Shown here: positions 27,027 to 34,457 of the stretch, one piece after another
How the letters are laid out: each line of letters opens with the position of its first letter
Numbering within the stretch: the first letter of the stretch is position 1
IMG/VR virus record: IMGVR_UViG_3300049792_000039
Span: 1 to 42,062 of that record
DNA: 42,062 bases
Reading direction: 5' to 3' (one strand)
Origin: a virus
Lineage: Duplodnaviria; Caudoviricetes
Notes under the pieces: model-generated
Database searches by the model: none
Told to the model about the DNA's origin: nothing
Seen by the model: the letters and a program-made list of their open reading frames with translations, nothing else
Program-made: the position numbers and the translations under genes

Positions 27027-27203
27027 ATGGCGAACGAAATCGGGACCCAGGCCAAGGAGCAGAACGTCCGGGTCTACCAGATGAGCGGCGAGGAAGTCGA
27101 GATCACCGTCCAGTACCCAACCAGCGAAACCCCCCTCCTGTTCGCCCTCAGCAACGCCGAGGCCAAGGCTCTGATGATCGCCCTGGCGCGGGTGCTAGCC
27201 TGA
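27027..27203 (+). CDS. Small hypothetical protein (58 aa)
   Basis: Follows a repeat module and RBS; MANEIGTQAKEQ... Confidence 0.75.
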   Translation: MANEIGTQAKEQNVRVYQMSGEEVEITVQYPTSETPLLFALSNAEAKALMIALARVLA

Positions 27204-27293
27204 ATCGACCGCCCCGGGGGGATTCCCCCCGGGGCTCCGGTGTAGTAGAATTGTATTGTAGGGCGGGGGACCGCCCAGGACGAGGAGGACGAG

Positions 27294-27590
27294 ATGGACA
27301 TCAACCAGGCAGCGAACCGACTGGGGATCCCGGCTAAGACGGCGTCGCCCAGCGAGGTCCGGGACGCGCTGGCGGCGATGCTGAACCGGCTCAACCACGA
27401 CGTCGACGGCGACCAGGACATCCAGGACGGCCATGTCCGGTTCGGGGAGCACGTCGCGGTGATGGGGCTGGCGGGTGACCTCGACCCCGTGTTCGAAGCG
27501 GCGCTGGACACGATGTCCTGGGACGACCCGGCGGCAGCCAACGCTGTCGAGCGCATCGGGATCCAGGTGGTCCGGTCGCGTTTCCTGTGA
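27294..27590 (+). CDS. Hypothetical protein
   Basis: Follows a repeat module and RBS. Confidence 0.75.
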   Translation: MDINQAANRLGIPAKTASPSEVRDALAAMLNRLNHDVDGDQDIQDGHVRFGEHVAVMGLAGDLDPVFEAALDTMSWDDPAAANAVERIGIQVVRSRFL

Positions 27591-27679
27591 AGTGCCCGGG
27601 GGGTTGTGGCGGACCCTCCGGTCTGATAAAATTGAATTAACGGGGCGGGGGGTCCGCCCATCAACCGAGGAGGACAAAA

Positions 27680-27856
27680 ATGGCAAGGAAGCGCGACGCG
27701 GCCAGCCCGAAAACCGGCGACGGCCGGACCAAGGGAGCGCCGATCCAGGGCAAGAACGTGGTCTTCCGGACCAGCGGAGGCAAGGCGACCGGCTCGGGCG
27801 AGAGCGCCGTTGCCAAGCTCATTCGGCTGGCAGCCGAACGGCTCGCCGGGAAGTAA
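27680..27856 (+). CDS. Small basic protein (58 aa, not in ORF track)
   Basis: GAGGAGG RBS; MARKRDAASPKTGDGRTK...LAAERLAGK. Confidence 0.7.
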   Translation: MARKRDAASPKTGDGRTKGAPIQGKNVVFRTSGGKATGSGESAVAKLIRLAAERLAGK

Positions 27857-27950
27857 TTCAGGTCACACGGGCCGGGGGGGGTTGTGGCGAACCTCCCGGC
27901 CTGGTAAAATTGAATTTAGAGGGCGGGGGGACCGCCCGGGAGAGGACGAG

Positions 27951-28118
27951 ATGGAAACCACCCCGAAGGCGCTGGCGGAGATCCTGGTGGCGGCAATGAA
28001 GGCAGCCGGAGCGACGGTGACCTACGTTAACGCCAGCGACGTCGGACGGGACGGTTTCTTCTACGCGACAATGCCGGATGGGATGGTCACCACCATCCGC
28101 GTCGAGATCAACGACTGA
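27951..28118 (+). CDS. Small hypothetical protein
   Basis: METTPKALAEIL...; follows a repeat module. Confidence 0.75.
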   Translation: METTPKALAEILVAAMKAAGATVTYVNASDVGRDGFFYATMPDGMVTTIRVEIND

Positions 28119-28135
28119 AGAACGAGGAGGACGAG

Positions 28136-28342
28136 ATGGAACGCATCGCCGTGGTGGACTTTCCGGACGACCGGGAGTCGGTCGCCCTCTGGCACACCGG
28201 CCCTGACCCCGACACCATTTACGCGGACATCCAGAGTGCCTTCGAGGCTGAGGGCTTCGACACGATCACCCTCTTTGAGACCAGCGCCGCTGAGGTCGCC
28301 CACATCAACCTGGAGGGCCTGGCATTCCTGCCCCACCTGTGA
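28136..28342 (+). CDS. Small acidic hypothetical protein
   Basis: RBS ACGAGGAGGACGAG. Confidence 0.75.
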   Translation: MERIAVVDFPDDRESVALWHTGPDPDTIYADIQSAFEAEGFDTITLFETSAAEVAHINLEGLAFLPHL

Positions 28343-28402
28343 CCTAAACCACACCGCCCGGGGGGATTCCTCCCGGGCGGTTTCATATGGTAAAATTGTA
28401 TT

Positions 28403-28606
28403 ATGGAGATCGAGGCGGCAGTTCAGGAAATGGTCGAGCGGATGGACCGGTCGATGGTCGGCACGTCGATGGCGCGTTGGGTCATCGCCGAGGGAACCCG
28501 CCGGGTCGGTCTCCCTGCCAACGAGCCACTCAAACTGCGGATGGCCTGCCGGATCCTTGTCCGGGCCGGAATCACCCTCGACGACCTCGCACGTCGGCAG
28601 AGCTGA
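28403..28606 (+). CDS. Small hypothetical protein (probably leaderless)
   Basis: ATG 6 nt after TAAAAT. Confidence 0.7.
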   Translation: MEIEAAVQEMVERMDRSMVGTSMARWVIAEGTRRVGLPANEPLKLRMACRILVRAGITLDDLARRQS

Positions 28607-28615
28607 GGAGACGAC

Positions 28616-28789
28616 ATGAACCCGAACCGCGTGCAGCGCTGGACCGGCTGGTTCCTCCTGTGGACGTCGGCCATGCTGGCGATCCTGGCGACGGTGCCGG
28701 AGAACGGGCTGTCCGCTCTCGCGATACTGCTCTCCGTGGTCTTCGGGCTGGTGGCCGTCGCCCACCTGCGCGGCCCCTGGGAGCGCTGA
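28616..28789 (+). CDS. Small two-TM membrane protein (not in ORF track)
   Basis: RBS GAGGAG; MNPNRVQRWTGWFLLWTSAMLAILA... Confidence 0.65.
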   Translation: MNPNRVQRWTGWFLLWTSAMLAILATVPENGLSALAILLSVVFGLVAVAHLRGPWER

Positions 28790-28803
28790 CGCCGGACGCA
28801 CGA

Positions 28804-28844
28804 GAGCGGCCCCTGCCGTCATACCCGGCAGGGGCCGCTCGTTT
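28804..28844. terminator. Hairpin between convergent operons
   Basis: GAGCGGCCCCTGCCG...CGGCAGGGGCCGCTC then GTTT. Confidence 0.75.
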
Positions 28845-28870
28845 GTCCCTGGACACGCGGGACGGCGAAT

Positions 28871-29269
28871 CTACGGGGTCTCGGGGGGCTCCGGCGTCTC
28901 GATCAAGGCGTTCAGTGCCTCGATCTCGGCCACCCGGACCGGACGGTCGTCTTGACTGATCTGGTAAAGCCTTTCCTTTGCTATGCGGCGCAGGGCAGGC
29001 GACGGCGGGCCCGCGCTACCGTCAATCGGCCAGCCGTAAAGGGTGGGGACCGTCGTCGGTGCCTCCAGGCGAGCCCGTGGAACCGGCATCGGCTCCGGCA
29101 GCATCAGGAACTCGGCGAGCTTGACTACTGCGTCGGCGCGCTCCGGGCCGGTCATCGGGCGGTACCCGTCGACCTTGTACCCACGCCCGTTCACCTCGGT
29201 GCTGCCCATCTTCTCGACCAGCTCGAAAGCCGTCTTGAGAGCGCTCTCTCGGTTCATCGCTCCGCTCAT
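28871..29269 (-). CDS. Hypothetical protein
   Basis: Last gene of the leftward purZ operon. Confidence 0.65.
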   Translation of the reverse strand: MSGAMNRESALKTAFELVEKMGSTEVNGRGYKVDGYRPMTGPERADAVVKLAEFLMLPEPMPVPRARLEAPTTVPTLYGWPIDGSAGPPSPALRRIAKERLYQISQDDRPVRVAEIEALNALIETPEPPETP

Positions 29270-29339
29270 TTCGTGAGTACCGCCCAGATGAGGACGGTGT
29301 AGCCGACGGCAACGGCCAGGATCGCCGCTTCCAGGCCGA

Positions 29340-30248
29340 TCAGCGTCCCGAGCTGCCGTAGCCGTTCAGCCCACGCTCGTGCTCCGGCAGTTCGTCGACC
29401 GTCTCGATCCCGCCCCCGAAAACCGGCAGCAAAATAAGCTGCGCCAGCCGGGTCCCGGCCTGCCAATACTGCGTATTGCGGGATTCGTTCTTCAGCATGA
29501 TTATCAACTCCCCACGGTAGCCCGAGTCGATGACCCCCGGCTGGGTCCGGCACTGGTACTGTCGCCACGTCGACGACCGGCCCGTGATCAGACCGAAGTA
29601 TCCCTCCGGGATGGCGACGTGAACGCCGGTGGGCAGGGAACGGGACTCTCCGGCTGGGATGTGCTCCTCCCCCGAAATCGCCAGGTCGATTCCCGCATCC
29701 CCCCGGTACCGGCCTGTGGTTAGGTTCGCTGCCCCGTCCTTGAGTACCTGCAATACCGGCGGGGCGGCTACGGCGATGGGCAGGCAAGGCTTTTCCTCCT
29801 GGAAGTGGGCGGCGAGGCCGGGAGCCGATTCGATTAGGAACTGGAACGTCTCGGGTACAGGCCAAACGAACTCGGGGTCGGCCATGTTCATGATCATCGC
29901 CCCCCGGCGCGTCCAGGCAGCGACCTGGACCGAGTGGCCGATGTCGGTGAAGATCACGACCGGCTTCCGCATGGACAGGGCGAACTCGATCTCGACGGGT
30001 GTGCCCAAGGTCGGCACGTCCGACGGCAGGACCGCGATTAACGCGTCGGCCTGGTGGATGGCGATGTTGTTGAGGTCGTTGATGCGCTCGACGTGGTCCG
30101 AGGTGCTAGTGTTGGCGAGATACGCCATGCCGGGTCGGAACGCGCCGATCCCAGCCTGAACCAGCAGAGTGTTGAGGTCGCCGAGCATGGACCCGAGCCA
30201 GGAGCTGTGACCGGCCAGGTCAATCGGGTGGGCGAGGTAGACGAACAA
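29340..30248 (-). CDS. Fusion of a nucleoside 2-deoxyribosyltransferase/dNMP N-glycosidase-like domain and a trimeric dUTPase-like domain
   Basis: N-term VYLAHP...ADALIA...GTPVEIEFA...KPVVI; C-term AGIDL, GRSS, GVIDSGYRGE, RLAQLI, RGLNGYGSSG. Confidence 0.88.
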   Translation of the reverse strand: MFVYLAHPIDLAGHSSWLGSMLGDLNTLLVQAGIGAFRPGMAYLANTSTSDHVERINDLNNIAIHQADALIAVLPSDVPTLGTPVEIEFALSMRKPVVIFTDIGHSVQVAAWTRRGAMIMNMADPEFVWPVPETFQFLIESAPGLAAHFQEEKPCLPIAVAAPPVLQVLKDGAANLTTGRYRGDAGIDLAISGEEHIPAGESRSLPTGVHVAIPEGYFGLITGRSSTWRQYQCRTQPGVIDSGYRGELIIMLKNESRNTQYWQAGTRLAQLILLPVFGGGIETVDELPEHERGLNGYGSSGR

Positions 30249-30277
30249 GGGTAGACCTTCCTAGGTGGTGGCGCCCC

Positions 30278-30291
30278 GTTTCACGTGAAAC
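30278..30291. promoter_or_regulatory. parS: Third parS site
   Basis: Perfect GTTTCACGTGAAAC in a short intergenic gap within the purZ operon. Confidence 0.85.
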
Positions 30292-30307
30292 GGAGCGGCC
30301 GGAGTTG

Positions 30308-30724
30308 TCAGGCTTGCGGGTTGTCGCGGATCGGTCGCGGGCGCACCACGGTGGACGTGCGTTCGTCGCGGCTGGCAATCTCGGTGGGGCGTACCTTGGC
30401 CTGGAGGCGCTCCTCGCGGGTGCCGGTTGGCAGGTAGCCGAGGAACGAGTCGAGGTACTCGTAGACCTCACTGAGCCACCCGTCGCGGAGGCGGAAGTCG
30501 CGGCTGTCGACCCACTCGCGGTTGGTCAGGCCGCCGTGCTTGCGAATCCGCATCTCACCGCCGGAGAAGGCAAACGAGACGACGCATTTCGGCTCGGCGT
30601 TGGTCTCCAGCTCCTCGGGTCGACCGGGGATGGTGTGCATCCGGTAGCGGGCGATCAGCCGTGCTCGGGTGATCGAGATGAAGCGATCGGGTGCGCTGAC
30701 CTCAGCGAAATGAGCGGTGGTCAT
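30308..30724 (-). CDS. Hypothetical protein in the purZ operon
   Basis: ATGA overlap with the upstream gene; RBS AAGGAGG. Confidence 0.7.
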   Translation of the reverse strand: MTTAHFAEVSAPDRFISITRARLIARYRMHTIPGRPEELETNAEPKCVVSFAFSGGEMRIRKHGGLTNREWVDSRDFRLRDGWLSEVYEYLDSFLGYLPTGTREERLQAKVRPTEIASRDERTSTVVRPRPIRDNPQA

Positions 30725-31347
30725 TCGGTTTCCTCCTTGATGCCGGGCCAGCCGCCGGATTCCCGGACGCGCTGGGCCATGCGGACGTAGATTCCGATGT
30801 CGAGCATGGTGTCCTCCGACACCTGGCGACCTTCCATGATCGCAGACCGCCAGCGGGCCAGCTTGCCTTCGATGTAGAAGTAGATGCCCAGTTCGGCTGC
30901 CACCGCGTCGGTAGTCGGTTGCTGTCCCGTCAGCCGGAGGAGGTTGGTCCCGATATCGACCAGGTCCGTCGAGCCGTATTCAACGGCCTTGGCGACCGTC
31001 TGCTCGATCTCGCTCTCGGCTTTGGCACGCCACCAGTCGGCCAGCCGGTCGGCGGGGGTCGGAGGTAGGAACGGCGGAGTGGTGAACATCTGCCCCGCGT
31101 TGGTGATCAGGTCAGCCCAGGCGTGGGGCGGGAGCGGGTCGGAGGCGAGTCCGGCGATGGCAGGCAGCTCCTCCGCCCTACCATCGGTGTACCAGGCGAG
31201 TAGTTCGGTTCGATTGTAGTGGCGCTCGTCGCCGGTGTCGTTGTGCCGCTTGGGTCGCTCGCACTGGACACGAACGCTGAGATTGCGAGGGTTTTTGATG
31301 GTCTTGCGGCACCGGGTGGTGGTGCCGTCGGCCATGAACGGGTTCAC
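30721..31347 (-). CDS. DUF1599/Nmad1-like all-alpha (MazG-like) protein with an N-terminal Cys/His motif
   Basis: KAVEYGS...KLARW...EDTMLDIGIYVRMA pattern; translationally coupled to purZ. Confidence 0.6.
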   Translation of the reverse strand: MNPFMADGTTTRCRKTIKNPRNLSVRVQCERPKRHNDTGDERHYNRTELLAWYTDGRAEELPAIAGLASDPLPPHAWADLITNAGQMFTTPPFLPPTPADRLADWWRAKAESEIEQTVAKAVEYGSTDLVDIGTNLLRLTGQQPTTDAVAAELGIYFYIEGKLARWRSAIMEGRQVSEDTMLDIGIYVRMAQRVRESGGWPGIKEETE

Positions 31348-32378
31348 AGGTCCACCACCGTCTCCGGTCCGGTGCCGACGTAATCGATGTTGATTTCAAG
31401 GCGCTGCTCCAGGTCCTCGACGAACTCCATGGCGTGCGGGTCGTCGAGGGTGGTCCGGTCCTTTACCGTGGGGAACTTCTGATCCAGCATGGTCAGGGCC
31501 ATACCAACCCGGGGGTTGAAGTTGCCTCCGCCGTTGGCGGCAATGGCTTCGATCACGAGGTCCTGGTCCCACTCTCCGACCCGCCGGACCTTCTGGGTGA
31601 CCGTGGTCCGCTCGATCGGCAGGCCGAGGTCTTCCCAGGTCGTCTCGCCCTTGAGCGGGCCGGACGGTCCGGCGACCCGGATGGGGTAGATTCGTGCGAC
31701 CAGGATCACGTCCAACTCGCCGATCCACTCCGCCCAGGGGCTGATGCCGCACATTGCGAGGAAGTCCACTGCTCGGCAGTCGCTGCTGGTCACCGTCGGG
31801 TAGAACGGGGTGTGCAGCCCGAGGCCGTAACCCTGGGTGCCCTCGATCACGACCTTGTCGTACGTCCCGAAGTCCATGTCGTAACCGCAGTCGTCGAACA
31901 ACCACCGGGCCAGGGTCGGTGACGACATGGCGGTGTCGGCTTCGCGCATGATCCGGGCCGCACGGGCGGCACCGATGCCCTTGCCCGTCGAGCCGATTCG
32001 CCCGACCAGGCCCATCGACTGCTCGTCGCCGATGTACTTCGGGTGCAGGATGGTTGCTGCGGGGCTGATCGTCAGACGGCTGCTCACGTTGAAGCCCGCG
32101 TCGTCCAGGTCTTGGATCTCGCCGATCAGGACCTCGGTGTCGATCTCCGACCCGGACGCGATGTGCAACCGGCAGTTCGAGCTGGTCACGGCAGCGACCG
32201 GCACAGCACGGAGCTTCCACTCCCGGTGGTTGGCATCGTAAGCCGTGTGACCGGCGTTGGGGCCTGCAACCCGCACGGCGATGTCGTCGCCGAACATCTC
32301 CTTGCCCAGGTGACCGGCGATGGCCCCCTTGCCTTCGGAGCCGAACTGTGCTCCGACGACTACGGTAACGTGCGTCAT
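31344..32378 (-). CDS. purZ: PurZ0-type 2-amino-deoxyadenylosuccinate synthase (PurA paralog)
   Basis: GAQFGSEGKG (Ser in place of the PurA Asp), RVAGPNAGH, GSTGKGIG, IEGTQGYGLGLH, PIRVAG.SG, ERTTVT.K.RRVG, TMLD (GTP-type), GTGP. Confidence 0.9.
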   Translation of the reverse strand: MTHVTVVVGAQFGSEGKGAIAGHLGKEMFGDDIAVRVAGPNAGHTAYDANHREWKLRAVPVAAVTSSNCRLHIASGSEIDTEVLIGEIQDLDDAGFNVSSRLTISPAATILHPKYIGDEQSMGLVGRIGSTGKGIGAARAARIMREADTAMSSPTLARWLFDDCGYDMDFGTYDKVVIEGTQGYGLGLHTPFYPTVTSSDCRAVDFLAMCGISPWAEWIGELDVILVARIYPIRVAGPSGPLKGETTWEDLGLPIERTTVTQKVRRVGEWDQDLVIEAIAANGGGNFNPRVGMALTMLDQKFPTVKDRTTLDDPHAMEFVEDLEQRLEINIDYVGTGPETVVDL

Positions 32379-32429
32379 GCATCCTCCATGTGGGGTGAAC
32401 CGACCGCCCAGCGACGGCCGATGGGGACT

Positions 32430-32474
32430 ATCTTATACTGCCACTTGCCTGGCTGTCAAGTGGCATGCTAGACT
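32430..32474. promoter_or_regulatory. Overlapping divergent purZ/purB promoters with an operator-like inverted repeat
   Basis: Minus strand TTGACA-N18-TAAGAT (32459-32430); plus strand TTGCCT-N18-TAGACT (32445-32474); IR TGCCACTTG-N9-CAAGTGGCA (32439-32465). Confidence 0.65.
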
Positions 32475-32481
32475 CTGCGGC

Positions 32482-33696
32482 ATGATCCCACGATATTCCG
32501 ATTCCCTGGTCGACCGACTCTACTCAGACGAATGGACGTTCGACGCGTGGCTCGGCATCGAACGCGCCGCGCTGGCCGCGCAGATCCAGAACGGTGTGGT
32601 CCCCGAAGAGGCCAGGCTGCTCTGGCGCTGGCTGGAGAAATGCCACAGCGATGAGGAGACGGCGAGCTGGATCCGGGTCCTCGAACGAACCGAGACCCAC
32701 CATGACGTGGCGGCGTTCCTGAAACACTGGCGCATGGCGCGCGGCCAGGACGACGCGAAGTGGCTGCACTACGGCCTGACGTCGTCTGACCTTGTGGATA
32801 CCACCCAGGCGCTGCGGTTCCGGCGGTTGCACGTCGAGTACCGCGATCGTGCTCAGGAGCTGCTGTCCGCGATCCTGCGGTGGACCGAGGTGGACCAGCC
32901 GATGCTGGGTCTGACTCACGGTCAGCCGGGGGAGCCGACCTCCATCCGGGCGCGCGCGTTCGGATGGATCGCCGAGATCGAGCACGGTCTGCAGGCGGTC
33001 AGCCGACAGAACCGGGCGATGCAGGTGATGAAGCTGTCCGGCCCGATGGGCACGTTCGCCCACAACCCGCCCGAGGTGGAGGCCACGGTGGCGATCGAGC
33101 TGGGGTTGATTCCGATGGGGGCAGGTGCGACCCAGATCTTACCTCGGTCGGCTCTGTCACTGTGGGCCTCTTCTTGTGCCGCGCTGGTCGCTGCTTGCTC
33201 CAAAGTCGCCCACGATCTGCGGCTTCTCAATTCCAGCGACGAGCTGTTCTGGCCTCGGGCCGGTGAGCACGTCGGGTCATCGGCGATGCCGCACAAGAAC
33301 AACCCGATCGAGGCGGAGCAGGTTCGGGGGATGGCCCGGCTCGCCCGGGGCTACGCTGCCGCGCTGGAAGCCGACCCGCTGTGGCTGGAGCGTGACATCT
33401 CCAACTCCAGCGTGGAGCGGGTTGCCGTACCCGACCTGTGGCACACCGTCTTCCACGCCATGAAGCTGACCACCCGTGCGTTGACCGACATGGAACTGCG
33501 CCCCCTGGTCATCGAGGAGCGTCTGATGAACCGGGCAAACGAGGCTTGGTCGCACAAGACGACGTTGATGGCCATCGCTGACGGCGAGTCCTACGATGAG
33601 GCGCGGGAGTTCGGGCGCGAGGTTCAGATTGAGTCGTACGACATCCTGGAAGACGCGCGATGGTTCACGCGCCAGTATCCGAAGGCCAAGCAGTGA
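32482..33696 (+). CDS. purB: Adenylosuccinate lyase
   Basis: MIPRYS, THHDVAAF, HYGLTSSDLVDT, THGQ, KLSGPMGT, GSSAMPHKNNP, WLERDISNSSVER. Confidence 0.93.
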   Translation: MIPRYSDSLVDRLYSDEWTFDAWLGIERAALAAQIQNGVVPEEARLLWRWLEKCHSDEETASWIRVLERTETHHDVAAFLKHWRMARGQDDAKWLHYGLTSSDLVDTTQALRFRRLHVEYRDRAQELLSAILRWTEVDQPMLGLTHGQPGEPTSIRARAFGWIAEIEHGLQAVSRQNRAMQVMKLSGPMGTFAHNPPEVEATVAIELGLIPMGAGATQILPRSALSLWASSCAALVAACSKVAHDLRLLNSSDELFWPRAGEHVGSSAMPHKNNPIEAEQVRGMARLARGYAAALEADPLWLERDISNSSVERVAVPDLWHTVFHAMKLTTRALTDMELRPLVIEERLMNRANEAWSHKTTLMAIADGESYDEAREFGREVQIESYDILEDARWFTRQYPKAKQ

Positions 33697-33941
33697 ATCA
33701 GCCTGAGACAGCCGAGGCGTTGGGGTGTTCGCTCGCCATGGTGAGCCGGATCTGCTCTGGCGACCGGACGCCGGGCCTCAGCTTGATGTACGAGATTCGC
33801 CGGGTTTTTTCCTGGTCGATCGAGTCGCAGGCCGATGCGATCCGGTGCGAGACCTACGCGCAGGACTTCAAGGATCGGATGGAGCGCCGCCGGATGAGGC
33901 AGCGCATGAGACGACCGAGGGGGCGCGTTGTTGATGCATAG
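33693..33941 (+). CDS. XRE/Cro-like HTH protein
   Basis: QPETAEALGCSLAMVSRICSGDRTPGL; GTGA overlap with purB. Confidence 0.8.
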   Translation: MNQPETAEALGCSLAMVSRICSGDRTPGLSLMYEIRRVFSWSIESQADAIRCETYAQDFKDRMERRRMRQRMRRPRGRVVDA

Positions 33942-34098
33942 GCCGTGCGGGGCGTGCCGGGAGTTGGTTCCATCCGACACGGGGTGCAAGCACTGGAAGG
34001 GTACCAATAACAAGGTTGGTAAGCCTGGACGAGTGAGAGTGGTGGTCGGCGATGGCGCAGCCCAAGCCGCAACGATGGGCACCGATCAAGCCGTTTAA
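33934..34098 (+). CDS. Small Cys-rich protein (54 aa)
   Basis: MHRPCGACRELVPSDTGCKHW... Confidence 0.5.
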   Translation: MHRPCGACRELVPSDTGCKHWKGTNNKVGKPGRVRVVVGDGAAQAATMGTDQAV

Positions 34099-34219
34099 CA
34101 AGAAGATCCGGCTGTGCCCAGTGTGTGGAGCTAAGACGGGGCCGTGTCAGAAATGGCTCAAGGGGCAGGGATACTACGTAGACATGAAGAGTGAGCATGA
34201 GGGGAGGCCGCCCAAATGA
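34052..34219 (+). CDS. Small zinc-finger-like protein (55 aa)
   Basis: LCPVCGAKTGPC...HEGR; ATGA overlap with the next ORF. Confidence 0.55.
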   Translation: MAQPKPQRWAPIKPFNKKIRLCPVCGAKTGPCQKWLKGQGYYVDMKSEHEGRPPK

Positions 34220-34395
34220 GCAATTCGCAGCGTCGGTTGTCAGCGCTGAGGCGCGATCTGTGGCAGCTCAAGGACAAGTTAAGGCTTGATTCGGTGGACT
34301 GCCAGCCGGAGTTGCACGTCGACCTCGATCGGGCGATTGCCATGGTGCAACAGGTGTTGGATGACGACCAACGACGCATCGGCACCTGGTGTTGA
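34216..34395 (+). CDS. Small helical protein (59 aa)
   Basis: MSNSQRRLSALRRDLWQLKDKL...; RBS GGAGG. Confidence 0.55.
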   Translation: MSNSQRRLSALRRDLWQLKDKLRLDSVDCQPELHVDLDRAIAMVQQVLDDDQRRIGTWC

Positions 34396-34421
34396 CAAGG
34401 AGGCAAGCCATAGTATAGAAT
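34392..34421 (+). promoter_or_regulatory. SigA/HrdB-like promoter for the helicase
   Basis: TTGACA-N18-TAGAAT; spacer and flank resemble the purZ promoter. Confidence 0.7.
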
Positions 34422-34457
34422 AGTCCGGTACCCGCACCCCACCCCGAGGAGGCCGAA

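Larger units (their letters stand above)
25375..28402 (+). repeat. Dispersed repeated promoter modules (G-run/C-run hairpin, TGGTAAAAT-like -10, GGGCGGGGGACCGCCC hairpin, GAGGAGGACGAG RBS)
   Basis: Copies with -10 boxes at 25413, 26332, 26977, 27246, 27627, 27905 and 28391, each heading a short gene; not every copy has all four elements. Confidence 0.85.

Noticed and set aside
26941-28402. Repeats as a CRISPR array
   Set aside because: The repeats are degenerate promoter/RBS modules separated by 200-350 bp protein-coding genes; no cas1/cas2
29266-29343. Short hydrophobic ORF (LIGLEAAILAVAVGYTVLIWAVLTK) after the dUTPase fusion
   Set aside because: It fits the gap but lacks a canonical start codon nearby, so it was not called
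31344-33696. purA+purB as ordinary AMP-synthesis auxiliary metabolic genes
   Set aside because: The PurA catalytic Asp is replaced by Ser and the other motifs match PurZ0; a Z pathway is the better reading, pending assay
33693-33941. Immunity repressor/lysogeny module
   Set aside because: A small HTH coupled to purB, with no integrase, attP or divergent cI/cro layout; temperate lifestyle unsupported
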